Positions 8,696 through 17,976 of a stretch of 64,000 nt of DNA are shown piece after piece (positions within the stretch are counted from its first letter, which is position 1; every line of letters starts with the position of its first letter). The translations under genes and the position numbers were made by a program. Source of the stretch: an uncultured delta proteobacterium. GTDB lineage: Bacteria > Myxococcota > UBA727 > VGSZ01. The DNA is taken from assembly GCA_963775425.1 (NCBI GenBank), contig CAVZJB010000008.1, positions 1 to 64,000 of the forward strand, in the 5' to 3' direction. The notes beneath the pieces were generated by a model that was not told where the DNA came from, searched no databases, and saw nothing but the letters and a program-made list of their open reading frames with translations.

Positions 8696-10810
8696 TCACT
8701 TCGCCTTCGCGGGCTCGGTGCCGAGGTCCTTCACGACGGTGAGGTAGTTGTCGTAGCGCGACTGGATCTGGCTGACGTACTGCACGGGCTCCTCGCCGCG
8801 GCAGTAGCCGTGCCGCGCGTGCCGCGCGTACTGCGGCTTCTGCAGGAGCAACATGGTCTTTTCCACGTTGCCGAACCAGCGATCGGGATCGAGCTTCATC
8901 TCCTCGGCGAGCCGCCGCGCGTCTTCGACGTGTCCCTTGCCCGCGTTGTACGAGGCCAGGGCGAAGCGAACGCGCTGCTTGAACGGGAGGTCCTCGTCGA
9001 AGCCGTCGATGAGGTGCGCCATGTACTCGACGCCGGCGTGCACGCCTTCGTCGGGATCCTCGAGGTCCTCGAAGCCCATCTCCTTGCCGGTGGCGGGCAT
9101 CACCTGGAACAGCCCCTTGGCCCCCACCCAGCTCTTGGCGTTCGGGTCGAAGCGGCTCTCCTGGTACGCCTGCGACGCCATCAAGCGCCAATCGAGGCCG
9201 AACTCCTTGGAGCGCTTCTTGAGGAGGCCGTCGTACGGGGAGATGGCGCCGGTGACGCGGGTGGCATCGTGCGCGTTGTCGATGACGTGCTTGTTCTCGA
9301 AGTACTGCTTCTTGAGCACGTTGTATTCGAGGCCGCGGTAGCGCTTCTTCACGAAGTCGTTGAGCGCCGCGAGCAGCTCCTTGTTCTCCTTGCGCACGCC
9401 GTACGCGATGGGTTGTCCCGGCTTGAGCACGAGCGTGGTCTGGATGTCGGTTCTGTACGTGAGCTCCACGGCGGCGATGTTGCTGTCGGCCACGGTGAAG
9501 GCGATCTTGCCCGACGCCACGTCGCCGATGAGCTCCTCTGTCTCCTCGCCCTCGGGCGCGTCCTTGACCTTGACGCCGCCGGCCGCGTCGAGGGTGGCGC
9601 GGTAGCTGGAGCTCTTGCGCACCACCACCGGCCGCTTCTGCGACGCCTTCTTCAGATCGTCGAGCGACCCGATGGGCGGCTCGCCGGCCTTCTGCACCAG
9701 GACCTCGTCGGCGCTCATGTAGGGATCGGAGAAGGCGATCTTGGCTTGCCGCGCCGGCGTCACCGTCATCTGCGCCGCGATGACGTCGCCCTTGCCCGCG
9801 AGCAGCCAGGGCACGAGGTCGCCGGCCTTGGGCGGCACGATGACGTCGAGGCGCAGCCCGTTGTCCTTGGCGAACAGCTTCATGAGCTCGTAGTCGAAGC
9901 CCTGCTGCGTGCCCTTGTGGAGGAAATAGCTGACGGCGTTGTTGCGCGTGAGCATGCGAACGCTGCCGCGCTTCTTGATGCCGTCGAGCCCCGCCTGGCT
10001 CGGCCTGGACGTGGTGTTGAGCGCGTGCTCGACGAGAAACGCGTCCGCCGCCGCCTTCAGCTTGGGGTTTTGCGGGCGGATGCCGAAGCCAATCTGCCGC
10101 CCCTCGCGCAGCGGGAACAGCGCCTCGACCTCGGGCGTGTACGCCGCGATGTGGGCGAAGAGGTCGGAGTCGCAGGCGGTGTAGGCGATCTTGCCGGTGG
10201 CGACGTCGTGGACCAACGACTCCGTGTCCTCGTCCTCGGGCGCGTCGGCGACGACGACGCCCTTGGAGTCCTTCTCGGCGAGCTTGTCGAGCGTCTCCCG
10301 ATAGCTCGAGCTCTTGCGCACCGTGACCGTCTTGCCCGCGAGGTCCGCGAGCGCCTTGAGCGTGTCGCCCTTCTTGCCGACGAGCATTTCGGACACGACG
10401 GTGACCGGGCGCGAAAACGCGATCTGCTTTTCGCGCGCGTCCGTCTGCGCGAGGCGCGCGGCGATGAGGTCTCCCTTGCCCGCCAGCAGCATCGGGATGA
10501 GGTCCTCGTAGCGGGGCACGCGGATGGGCTGCACGTCGACGCCGAGGTGCTTGGCGAGCTGCGCGGCGACCTCCCGATCGCCGAGCGTGGACGCGCCCGC
10601 GCGCGGCAGCACGACCTCGCCGCCGCCGTAGACGAGGACGCGCAGGACCTCGCGCTTCTGGACGGCGTCGAGGTCGCCGGTGTCGACGACGTCGGCCGGC
10701 GCCGCGCTCGTATCAGCGGGGCCCGCGCCCGGCCCGGCGTCGCCGGCGGGCGGTGTCTTGTGACATGCGACCGACGCGGCGATCGCGAGAGCGATGAGGG
10801 CGTTGCGCAT
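8696..10810 (-). CDS. mltF: MltF-like lytic transglycosylase lipoprotein with tandem substrate-binding domains
   Basis: Lipobox SVAC; two SBP family 3 repeats (GDLIAARL; GDVIAAQM); SLT domain AYQESRFDPNAKSWVGAKGLFQVMP and ASYNAG. Confidence 0.85.
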   Translation of the reverse strand: MRNALIALAIAASVACHKTPPAGDAGPGAGPADTSAAPADVVDTGDLDAVQKREVLRVLVYGGGEVVLPRAGASTLGDREVAAQLAKHLGVDVQPIRVPRYEDLIPMLLAGKGDLIAARLAQTDAREKQIAFSRPVTVVSEMLVGKKGDTLKALADLAGKTVTVRKSSSYRETLDKLAEKDSKGVVVADAPEDEDTESLVHDVATGKIAYTACDSDLFAHIAAYTPEVEALFPLREGRQIGFGIRPQNPKLKAAADAFLVEHALNTTSRPSQAGLDGIKKRGSVRMLTRNNAVSYFLHKGTQQGFDYELMKLFAKDNGLRLDVIVPPKAGDLVPWLLAGKGDVIAAQMTVTPARQAKIAFSDPYMSADEVLVQKAGEPPIGSLDDLKKASQKRPVVVRKSSSYRATLDAAGGVKVKDAPEGEETEELIGDVASGKIAFTVADSNIAAVELTYRTDIQTTLVLKPGQPIAYGVRKENKELLAALNDFVKKRYRGLEYNVLKKQYFENKHVIDNAHDATRVTGAISPYDGLLKKRSKEFGLDWRLMASQAYQESRFDPNAKSWVGAKGLFQVMPATGKEMGFEDLEDPDEGVHAGVEYMAHLIDGFDEDLPFKQRVRFALASYNAGKGHVEDARRLAEEMKLDPDRWFGNVEKTMLLLQKPQYARHARHGYCRGEEPVQYVSQIQSRYDNYLTVVKDLGTEPAKAK

Positions 10811-10896
10811 GGGCGCAGACTACTGCGAGACCGTCACGAGCGGCGGACCAGTCGCCGTGCATCCGTCGCGGCGGGAATTTCCTCCGGCCGCGGAGC

Positions 10897-12766
10897 TCAG
10901 GGCTCGGGGTGCGCTTTGTGGCACTCCTTTTCGCAGCGCTTCAGCCCTTTGATCCACGCGCGCATGCCGTCGAGCGAGAGGGCGCCGAAGTCGTGGCGAT
11001 GGAGGGCCACGGTCCTGGTGCAGGGAAGCTCGGGACAGCGCGCAAGGAGCGCCTCGACGCGGGGCTCGTTCATGGAGTCGGGCGCGGCCTTGGCGTCGTC
11101 CTTCTCGTCGACCTTGTCGTCGACCTTGGCGTCCTCGACCGTGTCGTCGACCTTGGCGTCCTCGACCTTGTCGTCGACCTTGGCGTCCTCGACCTTGGCG
11201 CCGTCGACCTTGGCGCCGTCGACCTTGGCGCCGTCGACCTTGGCGGCGACCTTCGCCTCGGCCGCCACGTCCGGCTTCGCGCCCGCGTCGGGCTTGGCCG
11301 CGTCGACCTTGCCTGGGCGGGTCTTGCCTGCGTCGGGCTCCGCGACGAGCGCGCCGGCCCTTGCCACCATCGTGTCGCTGCCGTCGGCGGCGCTCGTGTC
11401 GACCGGCGCCGGTGGAGGAACGACCGGGGGCGGCGCCGGCGCGGCCACGTGCGTCGCGGCGGCGTCGCGCGCGGTCTGCCGCGCCGTCCACGTGATGCCG
11501 ACGACGACGGCGGCGACAGCGACGACGATGCCGGCGGCGGCCGCGAGGAGCGGCCCGTTCTTGCGCGGGCCGAACATCGCCTTGACGGCGAGCTCGGTGG
11601 GCTCCGTGTTCTCCCGCATGCCGAGCGGCATCGGCTCCGACGACGACGGCGAGCGCGCCAGGCTGATGGTCGGCTCCGTGCTCACGTTGAACACGCCGCT
11701 CGCGCGGGGGCCGAGCGCGTCGCCCTTCACTTCGGCGCGCGTGAGCGTGGAGAGCGTGCGCCGGCCCTCCTCGATGTCGGCCGTGTAGACCTCTTGCATC
11801 AGCGAGCGCAGGAGCGGCGCGTCCCCGTGCAGGCCGCGCACGAAGCGGTAGTGGACGAGCGACTCACGCAGCTCGAGGCACGTCGCGTAGCGGTTCACCG
11901 GCAGGCCGGCGAGCGCCTTGTCGAGGATGGCGCGCATGTCGTCGTCGAGGGCGTCCCACTTGCGCGGGCGGAAGCCGCCCTGGGCGGCGATGCCCCAGAA
12001 TCTCGTACGGGCTCCGCCCCTCGTAGAAGCGCTCGCCGACGAGCATCTCGTAGAGCATCACGCCGACGGCGAAGAGATCGGCGCGCCCGTCGACGCGCTC
12101 GCCGCGCACCTGCTCCGGCGCCATGTAGCTGAGCTTGCCCATGACGACGTTCGGCGACGTCTGCTCCATCTTCAACGTCGAAGCGGCGAGGCCGAAGTCG
12201 ATGAGCTTCACCTCGCCTTCCCACGACAGCATCACGTTCTGCGGCGAGACGTCGCGGTGCACGAGCAGGAGCGGGCGGCCCGTGGCGGCGTCGGCGTGGC
12301 GGTGGGCGTAGTCGAGCGCCTCGAGGACCTCGCAGACGACGTGCAGCGCCAGCCCCGGGTTCACCACGTTGCCCTTCTCGGCGACGTCGTGGGTGAGCGC
12401 GCGCAGGTCCTTGCCCGCGATGTACTCCATGGCGAGGTAGTAGCGCTCGCCCACCGTGCCGACGTCGAAGACGTGGCAGATGTTCCGGTGTCCGAGCTGC
12501 ACGACGATGCGAGCCTCGTCGATGAAGCGGGTGGTGTATTCGCGATCGTCGGTGAGGTGCGGGCGCAGCGTCTTCACCACGCAGTGCTTCTCGAGGCCGC
12601 GCACGCTGCCGTGCTTGGCGAGAAACACCTCGCCCATGCCGCCCCGGGCCAGGGGTGCGAGGAGCACATAGTTGCCGAAGGCCCGCGGGTACTCCTCGGG
12701 CGGGGCGTCCGGCAGCTGCATCAGGCTCGCCGGCAAGCTCTTCGGGAGTGCCTTTTCGTCGCTCAA
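10897..12766 (-). pseudogene. Ser/Thr protein kinase split by a +1 frameshift at about 11999-12000 (pseudogene or sequencing error)
   Basis: Kinase motifs GGMGEV, HRDVSPQN, DFGLA and YMAPEQ in 11864..12766; removing one A at 11999/12000 restores ...PYEIWGIAAQGGFRPRKWDALDDDMRAIL, in frame with ORF 10897..11937 (TM helix plus C-terminal domain). Confidence 0.85.
11090..11245 (-). repeat. Degenerate 12-15 bp repeats encoding AKVDG/AKVED/KVDD in the kinase C-terminal region
   Basis: Repeated cgtcgaccttggcg-like units. Confidence 0.8.
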
Positions 12767-12800
12767 ACGCCGTCCCCGTGGTGTGGCACTATAGCCTCCG

Positions 12801-13856
12801 GTGCCCGACTCGTCTCTCCGTCGACCACAGGGGATCCCCCGCGACGCGGGGGACGTGCCTCCGCCCTACGCTGCCAGGCGGGGGGCCCGCGCGGCGCTGC
12901 TCGTCGTCGTGGCCGTGGCGCTCGCGGGGGCGGGGGCGGCCCGGGCGGCGGATCCGCAGCCGGCGGCGGCGGTCGAGGACGAGGACGAGGGCACGACGGT
13001 GGCGGTCATGCCGCTCGGGACCGCGGTCCTGCTGCCGAGCGTGCGCGACGCCCTCGACGCAGATCTGCGGGCGGCGGTGGCGGCGCAGCCGGGCCTCGTC
13101 GTCCAGCCGGCGGACGAGACGCAGGCCCACATCCAGGAGGCCGGGCAAAACGGCCTCGACCTCGTGCACTGCCCGCCGAGCCGGGAGGACTGCGCGCTGC
13201 GCGTCGGCGTCCTCGCCGACGTCGACTACGTCGTCACCTTCGCCGTCGAGGAGGTCGGCGATCGCCTGCTGCTCCGAGGCGGGTGGCTCGCCACCGACGG
13301 CACCGAGAAGCGCTTCGTCGCCGGCGAGCTCTACGCGAAGGACAAGGACCCGATGGAGCTGCGGCTGCGGGCGCTCGTCGCCAGCGTCGTCACCGGAAAG
13401 GGCGAGCCGTCAGACCTGCCGTATGCGCTGAGCGTCGAGCCCTCGGAGAGCCTGATCTACGTCGACGGCGCCCCGCGCTCCTTGAGCCAGCACTACCTGT
13501 GGCTGCCGCCCGGCGAGCACGTGCTGCGCATCGAGGCGCCGCAGCGCGCGCCGCAGGAGCGCATCATCAAGGTGTCGCCTGACGGCGTCGACAACGAGCT
13601 CGTGCTCGCCCTCGCCGAAGCCGACACGCCCGTCCCGTTCTACGTCGGCCTCGGCGTCGCCAGCGCCGGCGGCCTCCTCGCCATGGGCGCGGCCGCCGTC
13701 GCCGTCGTCGAGGAGTACAACCTCGAGCAGGGCCGCGTGCCCTTCGCCCAACGCGACGGCGCGCTGTTCACCGGCCGCGTCTCCGTCGGCGTGGTCGCGG
13801 CAGGCGCGCTCATGCTCGGCGGCGGCGCCGTGGTCGCCGTGGTGGGGGGCCCATGA
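12801..13856 (+). CDS. PEGA-domain secreted/membrane protein (start uncertain)
   Basis: Signal peptide, LSVEPSESLIYVDG...LPPGEHVLRIEAP PEGA motif, two C-terminal hydrophobic helices. Confidence 0.75.
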   Translation: MPDSSLRRPQGIPRDAGDVPPPYAARRGARAALLVVVAVALAGAGAARAADPQPAAAVEDEDEGTTVAVMPLGTAVLLPSVRDALDADLRAAVAAQPGLVVQPADETQAHIQEAGQNGLDLVHCPPSREDCALRVGVLADVDYVVTFAVEEVGDRLLLRGGWLATDGTEKRFVAGELYAKDKDPMELRLRALVASVVTGKGEPSDLPYALSVEPSESLIYVDGAPRSLSQHYLWLPPGEHVLRIEAPQRAPQERIIKVSPDGVDNELVLALAEADTPVPFYVGLGVASAGGLLAMGAAAVAVVEEYNLEQGRVPFAQRDGALFTGRVSVGVVAAGALMLGGGAVVAVVGGP

Positions 13857-16800
13857 CGCCCGTCGCCCGCCGCGGCCAAGCGCTCGCCCTCGTCGTCGCC
13901 GCGGCCGCGCTCGGGCCAGGGTGTCAGCTCTTCGGCGAGCGCCCGCGCTGCGACCCCGAAAACGATCGCAGCGTCCAGGCCTGCCCGGCCGATCAGTTCT
14001 GCGCGCCCGACGGCTTCTGCGCGCCCAAGAGGCAGCTCGACGCCTGCGCGCCCGCCGCCGTCCCCGCGTCGCGGCCGCTGCACCTCGGGGTCGCCGCCGC
14101 CGGCGTGCAGGCGATGGGGGACACGATCGGCGACGGTGTCAGCGTCCTCGTCGTCGGCGACGCCCACCTGTGCAACGCCGTCGCGCGCGGTTGCCCCGGC
14201 CAGAGCGCGAACCCCGCGGGCGCGCAGCCCCTCGGCGCCGTCACCGGCGTCTCCGGCTTCGCGGGCGTGTCGACCCGGCTCGAGCTCGAGGACCTGCACT
14301 TCCCCGTCGGCGGCGCGTTCACCGACGGCGTCACCGTCGAAGCGGTGTTTCGCTCGTCCGCGCAGGCGCCGGGCGCGACCCTCCCCATCGCGTCGATGGT
14401 GGACGGCAGCGACGGCTGGATCCTCGAGGAGGCCGTCGACGGCTCCGTCGTCCTTGTCGCCGGACGGGCGCGCGCCACGCTCGCCGCGCCCAGCCCGGCC
14501 ACCTGGCACCACGTGCTGTGCACCGTCGACGCCGCCGCCGTCGGCGCCGCCGGCTTCCCGGCCGACGCCGTGCTGTGCGCCGTCGACGGCGCGGTCGCGT
14601 CGCCGGCGGAGGACATCGGAGGCCGGCGCACGCTCGCGGCGCCCCACGACCTCGTCGTGGGCGCCGTCCCCGACGATGCGCTGTCCGCGGTGGAGGTGGC
14701 GGTGGTGCGCGTGTGGCCCACCGCGAGGCCGTACGACGCGGGCGACGCGCTCGCGCGGATCGACGCCCTCGTCGATGACGAGCGCGCCCGCGTATTCCGC
14801 TACCTCGGCCTCGTCGTCGACGTGCCCGACGACGGCGCGCCGCGCTTCCGCAGCACCAACAGCGGCAACACGGTGCGCGCGCTGCGGGTGAACAACGCGC
14901 TCGCCGACGCGTTCGAGCTCGTCCCCGCAGGCTGGCCGCGGCTCGCGCACAGCGCCGACGGCACGCAGGGCGGCGTCCTCCTCGAGCCAACGCGCGAGAA
15001 CCGCCTCGACCCCGGCGTTGCCGGCTGCACCGCGGGCGCGACGTCGACGTCACCGTCCCTCTCCGGCCGGCTCGACGCCTGCGTCTACGACGTCGCCACG
15101 CCCGTCGAGCTCCCGCTCTCGCACGTGTCGCAGCGGCACGGTCCCGACGCGCAGCCCGACTTCGGGCCGGGGTCGGCGTTTGTCTTCTCGGCGTTCCTGC
15201 ACACGGGCACCCACGTGGGTGCGTCGCTCGCCATCGAGGTGGAGGGCGCGGGCGCGCCGTTCAACGACGGAGACTGCACCATCGTCGACGACAGCGTGCT
15301 CGGACCGGTCCGCTCCGCGGGCTCCGACGGCGACTGCTCCATCGAGGTCTTCGACGACGGCTGGGTGCGCATGGTGGACCGCTTCATCGCCAACGCCATC
15401 GAGATCTCGGTGCACGTGCACGCCAAGGGTGAGATCTGGTCGCCGCAGCTCGAGCTCGGCAACGATCCGAGCACGCCGTTGTCGCGCGCGCGCACGCGCA
15501 AGGCGGACGAGATCGTGATCGACGCCCCCGGCCTCGCCGACGCCACCTCCACGGCGCTTCGGGCCACCGTGCTCACCGACGGCGTGGAGCTGTCGATGTC
15601 GCCGCTGCTCGTCGCCGCCGACGCGGACCACACCGATCACACGGCCAAGCTCGTCGTCGCGCCCGCTGCTCCCGGCACCATCGCGCCGCGGCTCGTGGTG
15701 ACGGAGCAGGCGCGGCAGGAGGTCTCTGCGGGGACCTTCGCCTTCACGCAGGGACAGAGCGCGCGCTTCGGCGGCGACCTCGGGCCCCAGGTGGACGCAT
15801 GCGACGGCTGCCTGGGCGGCACGCTCGCGGCCACGCTGCCGGCGTCGGAGCAGTGGGAAGAGGTCGGTCTGGTGGGAGCGGGGGAGCCCGGCCTGCTCGT
15901 GAACGCCGACGTCGTCACCAGCGGCAGCGCGCCGCTTCCGCTCGCGCTGGACATCGTCACCGGGCCGCCGCAGAGCGGCTGCCTCGACGGCGAGCGGCCC
16001 GACGTGGCGCTCGTGGCGTGCAAGCAAGGCGCGTGCAGCGAGGACGCGCCGGTGGTCTGGACCGGGCCCAAGAACCCGAGCGTGAAGGTCGGCCCGTCCA
16101 TCGACGAGAGCGGCGTGGCCGGGCTGTGGTCCACCAATCTCGGGACCGACGCGCGCAGCGTCGACGAGCTCTATCTCGAGGCGCGCTTCGAGCCCGACGG
16201 CTCCGACGGGGACGTCGTCGCGCTCTCCGACGGCGCCCACGTGTTCCTGCGGGTGGAGGCCGACCACGGCGATCTCGTCGTCAGCGACAACTTCCGTGAG
16301 GCGCTGCGCGCGCCGAGCACGCTGCACGCCGGGGAGTGGACACAGCTGTCGTGTTGGCTCGGGCTTCAGTCACGCTGCGTGGTGAACGCGGGCGATCCAC
16401 AGGACATCGGCGTCGTCGTCGTCACGGGGCACACGCTCAAGGCAGTCGCCGTCGGCGGCGGCGCCGCGCACACGGCCTTCTTCCGTCTGTGGCACGAGCT
16501 GCCGCAGAAGCCGAAGGTGGAGATCGATCGCAGCCTCGGGGCGCGCGTGGCCGCGTCGTTCGGACTCATCGCGGCTCCGCGGCGGGCGCCGTTCGACGTG
16601 CTCGAGAGCCGAACCGGCGCGGGAATCGTCGAGCGCAACGGCGAGAAGCTGAAGGTGGGGCCGCACTGGCCGCGGCTCGTCGACGAGGGCGGCGGCGCCG
16701 TGTACGCCGCCGACGCCGGTGAGGGCATCGCGTTCGTCACGCGCGACCTCACCGACGCCGAGCGCGTCTCGCTCGACATGAGCTTCTCCAAGGCGCCGGC

Positions 16801-17089
16801 CGGCCCGCTCGTCGAGCTCGACAACGACACCGAGACGCTCTCGTTCGTGAAGAACGGCACCGAGCTCGACGTGCATCACGACGGCGACGCCACCGTGGTG
16901 CTCAACGGCCTCGACCCCAACGGCGTCTCCTTCGGGGCGCGCGGCAACCTCGTCGTCCTCGAGCGCCTCGGGGGCCCCGCCATCGCCGTCACCGCACAGC
17001 CCCTGAGCGACCAACCGATGACCCGGGCCGTCGTCGGCGGCGGCGCCTCGCCGCTGCGGCTGCGGTCACTGCGGGTCGGCACACGCTGA
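13853..17089 (+). CDS. Large lipoprotein with LamG-like and phage-fibre-like beta domains
   Basis: Lipobox LGPGC, Cys-rich N-terminus, LamG-like motifs (TVEAVFR; TWHHVLCT; EWTQLSC), phage fibre-like motifs WPRL..GGVLLEPTRENRL and QLELG..ST..RTRKAD; translationally coupled to the upstream gene. Confidence 0.7.
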   Translation: MTPVARRGQALALVVAAAALGPGCQLFGERPRCDPENDRSVQACPADQFCAPDGFCAPKRQLDACAPAAVPASRPLHLGVAAAGVQAMGDTIGDGVSVLVVGDAHLCNAVARGCPGQSANPAGAQPLGAVTGVSGFAGVSTRLELEDLHFPVGGAFTDGVTVEAVFRSSAQAPGATLPIASMVDGSDGWILEEAVDGSVVLVAGRARATLAAPSPATWHHVLCTVDAAAVGAAGFPADAVLCAVDGAVASPAEDIGGRRTLAAPHDLVVGAVPDDALSAVEVAVVRVWPTARPYDAGDALARIDALVDDERARVFRYLGLVVDVPDDGAPRFRSTNSGNTVRALRVNNALADAFELVPAGWPRLAHSADGTQGGVLLEPTRENRLDPGVAGCTAGATSTSPSLSGRLDACVYDVATPVELPLSHVSQRHGPDAQPDFGPGSAFVFSAFLHTGTHVGASLAIEVEGAGAPFNDGDCTIVDDSVLGPVRSAGSDGDCSIEVFDDGWVRMVDRFIANAIEISVHVHAKGEIWSPQLELGNDPSTPLSRARTRKADEIVIDAPGLADATSTALRATVLTDGVELSMSPLLVAADADHTDHTAKLVVAPAAPGTIAPRLVVTEQARQEVSAGTFAFTQGQSARFGGDLGPQVDACDGCLGGTLAATLPASEQWEEVGLVGAGEPGLLVNADVVTSGSAPLPLALDIVTGPPQSGCLDGERPDVALVACKQGACSEDAPVVWTGPKNPSVKVGPSIDESGVAGLWSTNLGTDARSVDELYLEARFEPDGSDGDVVALSDGAHVFLRVEADHGDLVVSDNFREALRAPSTLHAGEWTQLSCWLGLQSRCVVNAGDPQDIGVVVVTGHTLKAVAVGGGAAHTAFFRLWHELPQKPKVEIDRSLGARVAASFGLIAAPRRAPFDVLESRTGAGIVERNGEKLKVGPHWPRLVDEGGGAVYAADAGEGIAFVTRDLTDAERVSLDMSFSKAPAGPLVELDNDTETLSFVKNGTELDVHHDGDATVVLNGLDPNGVSFGARGNLVVLERLGGPAIAVTAQPLSDQPMTRAVVGGGASPLRLRSLRVGTR

Positions 17090-17115
17090 GCGGGTCGCTG
17101 TGACATCATCGGGAC

Positions 17116-17976
17116 ATGGATCCGCGCGCGGTGCTCGCGATCTCGGCGCTCCTCATCGGGGTCTTCGTCGCCGTCGACCTCCGCGACGCAGGCTTTCGCG
17201 CGTCGTGGTGGCGTGACCGCGCCCGGCTCAAGCGCAACGCCGCGTTTCTCGTCGCCAACCTCGCCACCATGACGGCGCTGCACGCGGTGACCGATGCGCT
17301 CCACCACGCGTTGCCGCGTTGGGTGACGTGGCGCGGGCCGCGCGTCATCGAGGTCGTCGCGTGCCTCGTCGTCGCCGAGCTGGTGAACTGGATCTCGCAC
17401 CGGGTGAAGCACAAGAACGCGCGGCTGTGGCGCTTCCACACGCAGCACCACGTGGAGACGCTCTACAACGTCAACCTCACGCTCCACACCCACGGCCTCG
17501 AGGTCGTCGTCAGCGGCGCCGCCATGGGCGCGGTGCTCACGCTGCTCGGCTTCTCGCAATTCTCCGTCGACGTCTTCGCGCTCAGCTACTTCGGCGCCAA
17601 CCTCTACAAACACTGCACCGCGCGCTTGAGCCTGGGCCCGCTCGACTTCATCGTGGTGTCCCCCGCCTACCACCGGCTGCACCACGCCCGGGATCACGAG
17701 GGCAACTACGGCTCGGTGCTCACGCTCTTCGACGTGCTGTTCGGCACCGCCACTTTCCCGACGATGCAGGACGCGTTCGCGCGCGAGCTCGGCACCAAGG
17801 ACGAGGAGCCCTTCGGCTTCGTCGCCGAGATGCTGTCACCGTTCCGCGGACTTGGCCGTGCTCGGCAGCGTGACGGGCAGCTTGCCGGTGGCGCGCATGC
17901 CGTCGCTGACGGCGAGCGCGGCGGCGCGCTCGCTCTCGTTGCGCCACCCGAAGGCGCACACGTAGGCGTCGAGTGA
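17116..17976 (+). CDS. Sterol desaturase / fatty acid hydroxylase family protein
   Basis: His boxes HRVKH, HTQHH and HRLHH; NYGSVLTLFDVLFGT. Confidence 0.88.
   Translation: MDPRAVLAISALLIGVFVAVDLRDAGFRASWWRDRARLKRNAAFLVANLATMTALHAVTDALHHALPRWVTWRGPRVIEVVACLVVAELVNWISHRVKHKNARLWRFHTQHHVETLYNVNLTLHTHGLEVVVSGAAMGAVLTLLGFSQFSVDVFALSYFGANLYKHCTARLSLGPLDFIVVSPAYHRLHHARDHEGNYGSVLTLFDVLFGTATFPTMQDAFARELGTKDEEPFGFVAEMLSPFRGLGRARQRDGQLAGGAHAVADGERGGALALVAPPEGAHVGVE

Noticed and set aside
11990-12010. Programmed ribosomal frameshift in the kinase
   Set aside because: No slippery heptamer or homopolymer at the site
17836-17976. 141-bp convergent overlap of the desaturase and nagZ genes as a functional overlap
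   Set aside because: The overlapping tail of the desaturase has no motifs; most simply a lost stop codon in GC-rich DNA
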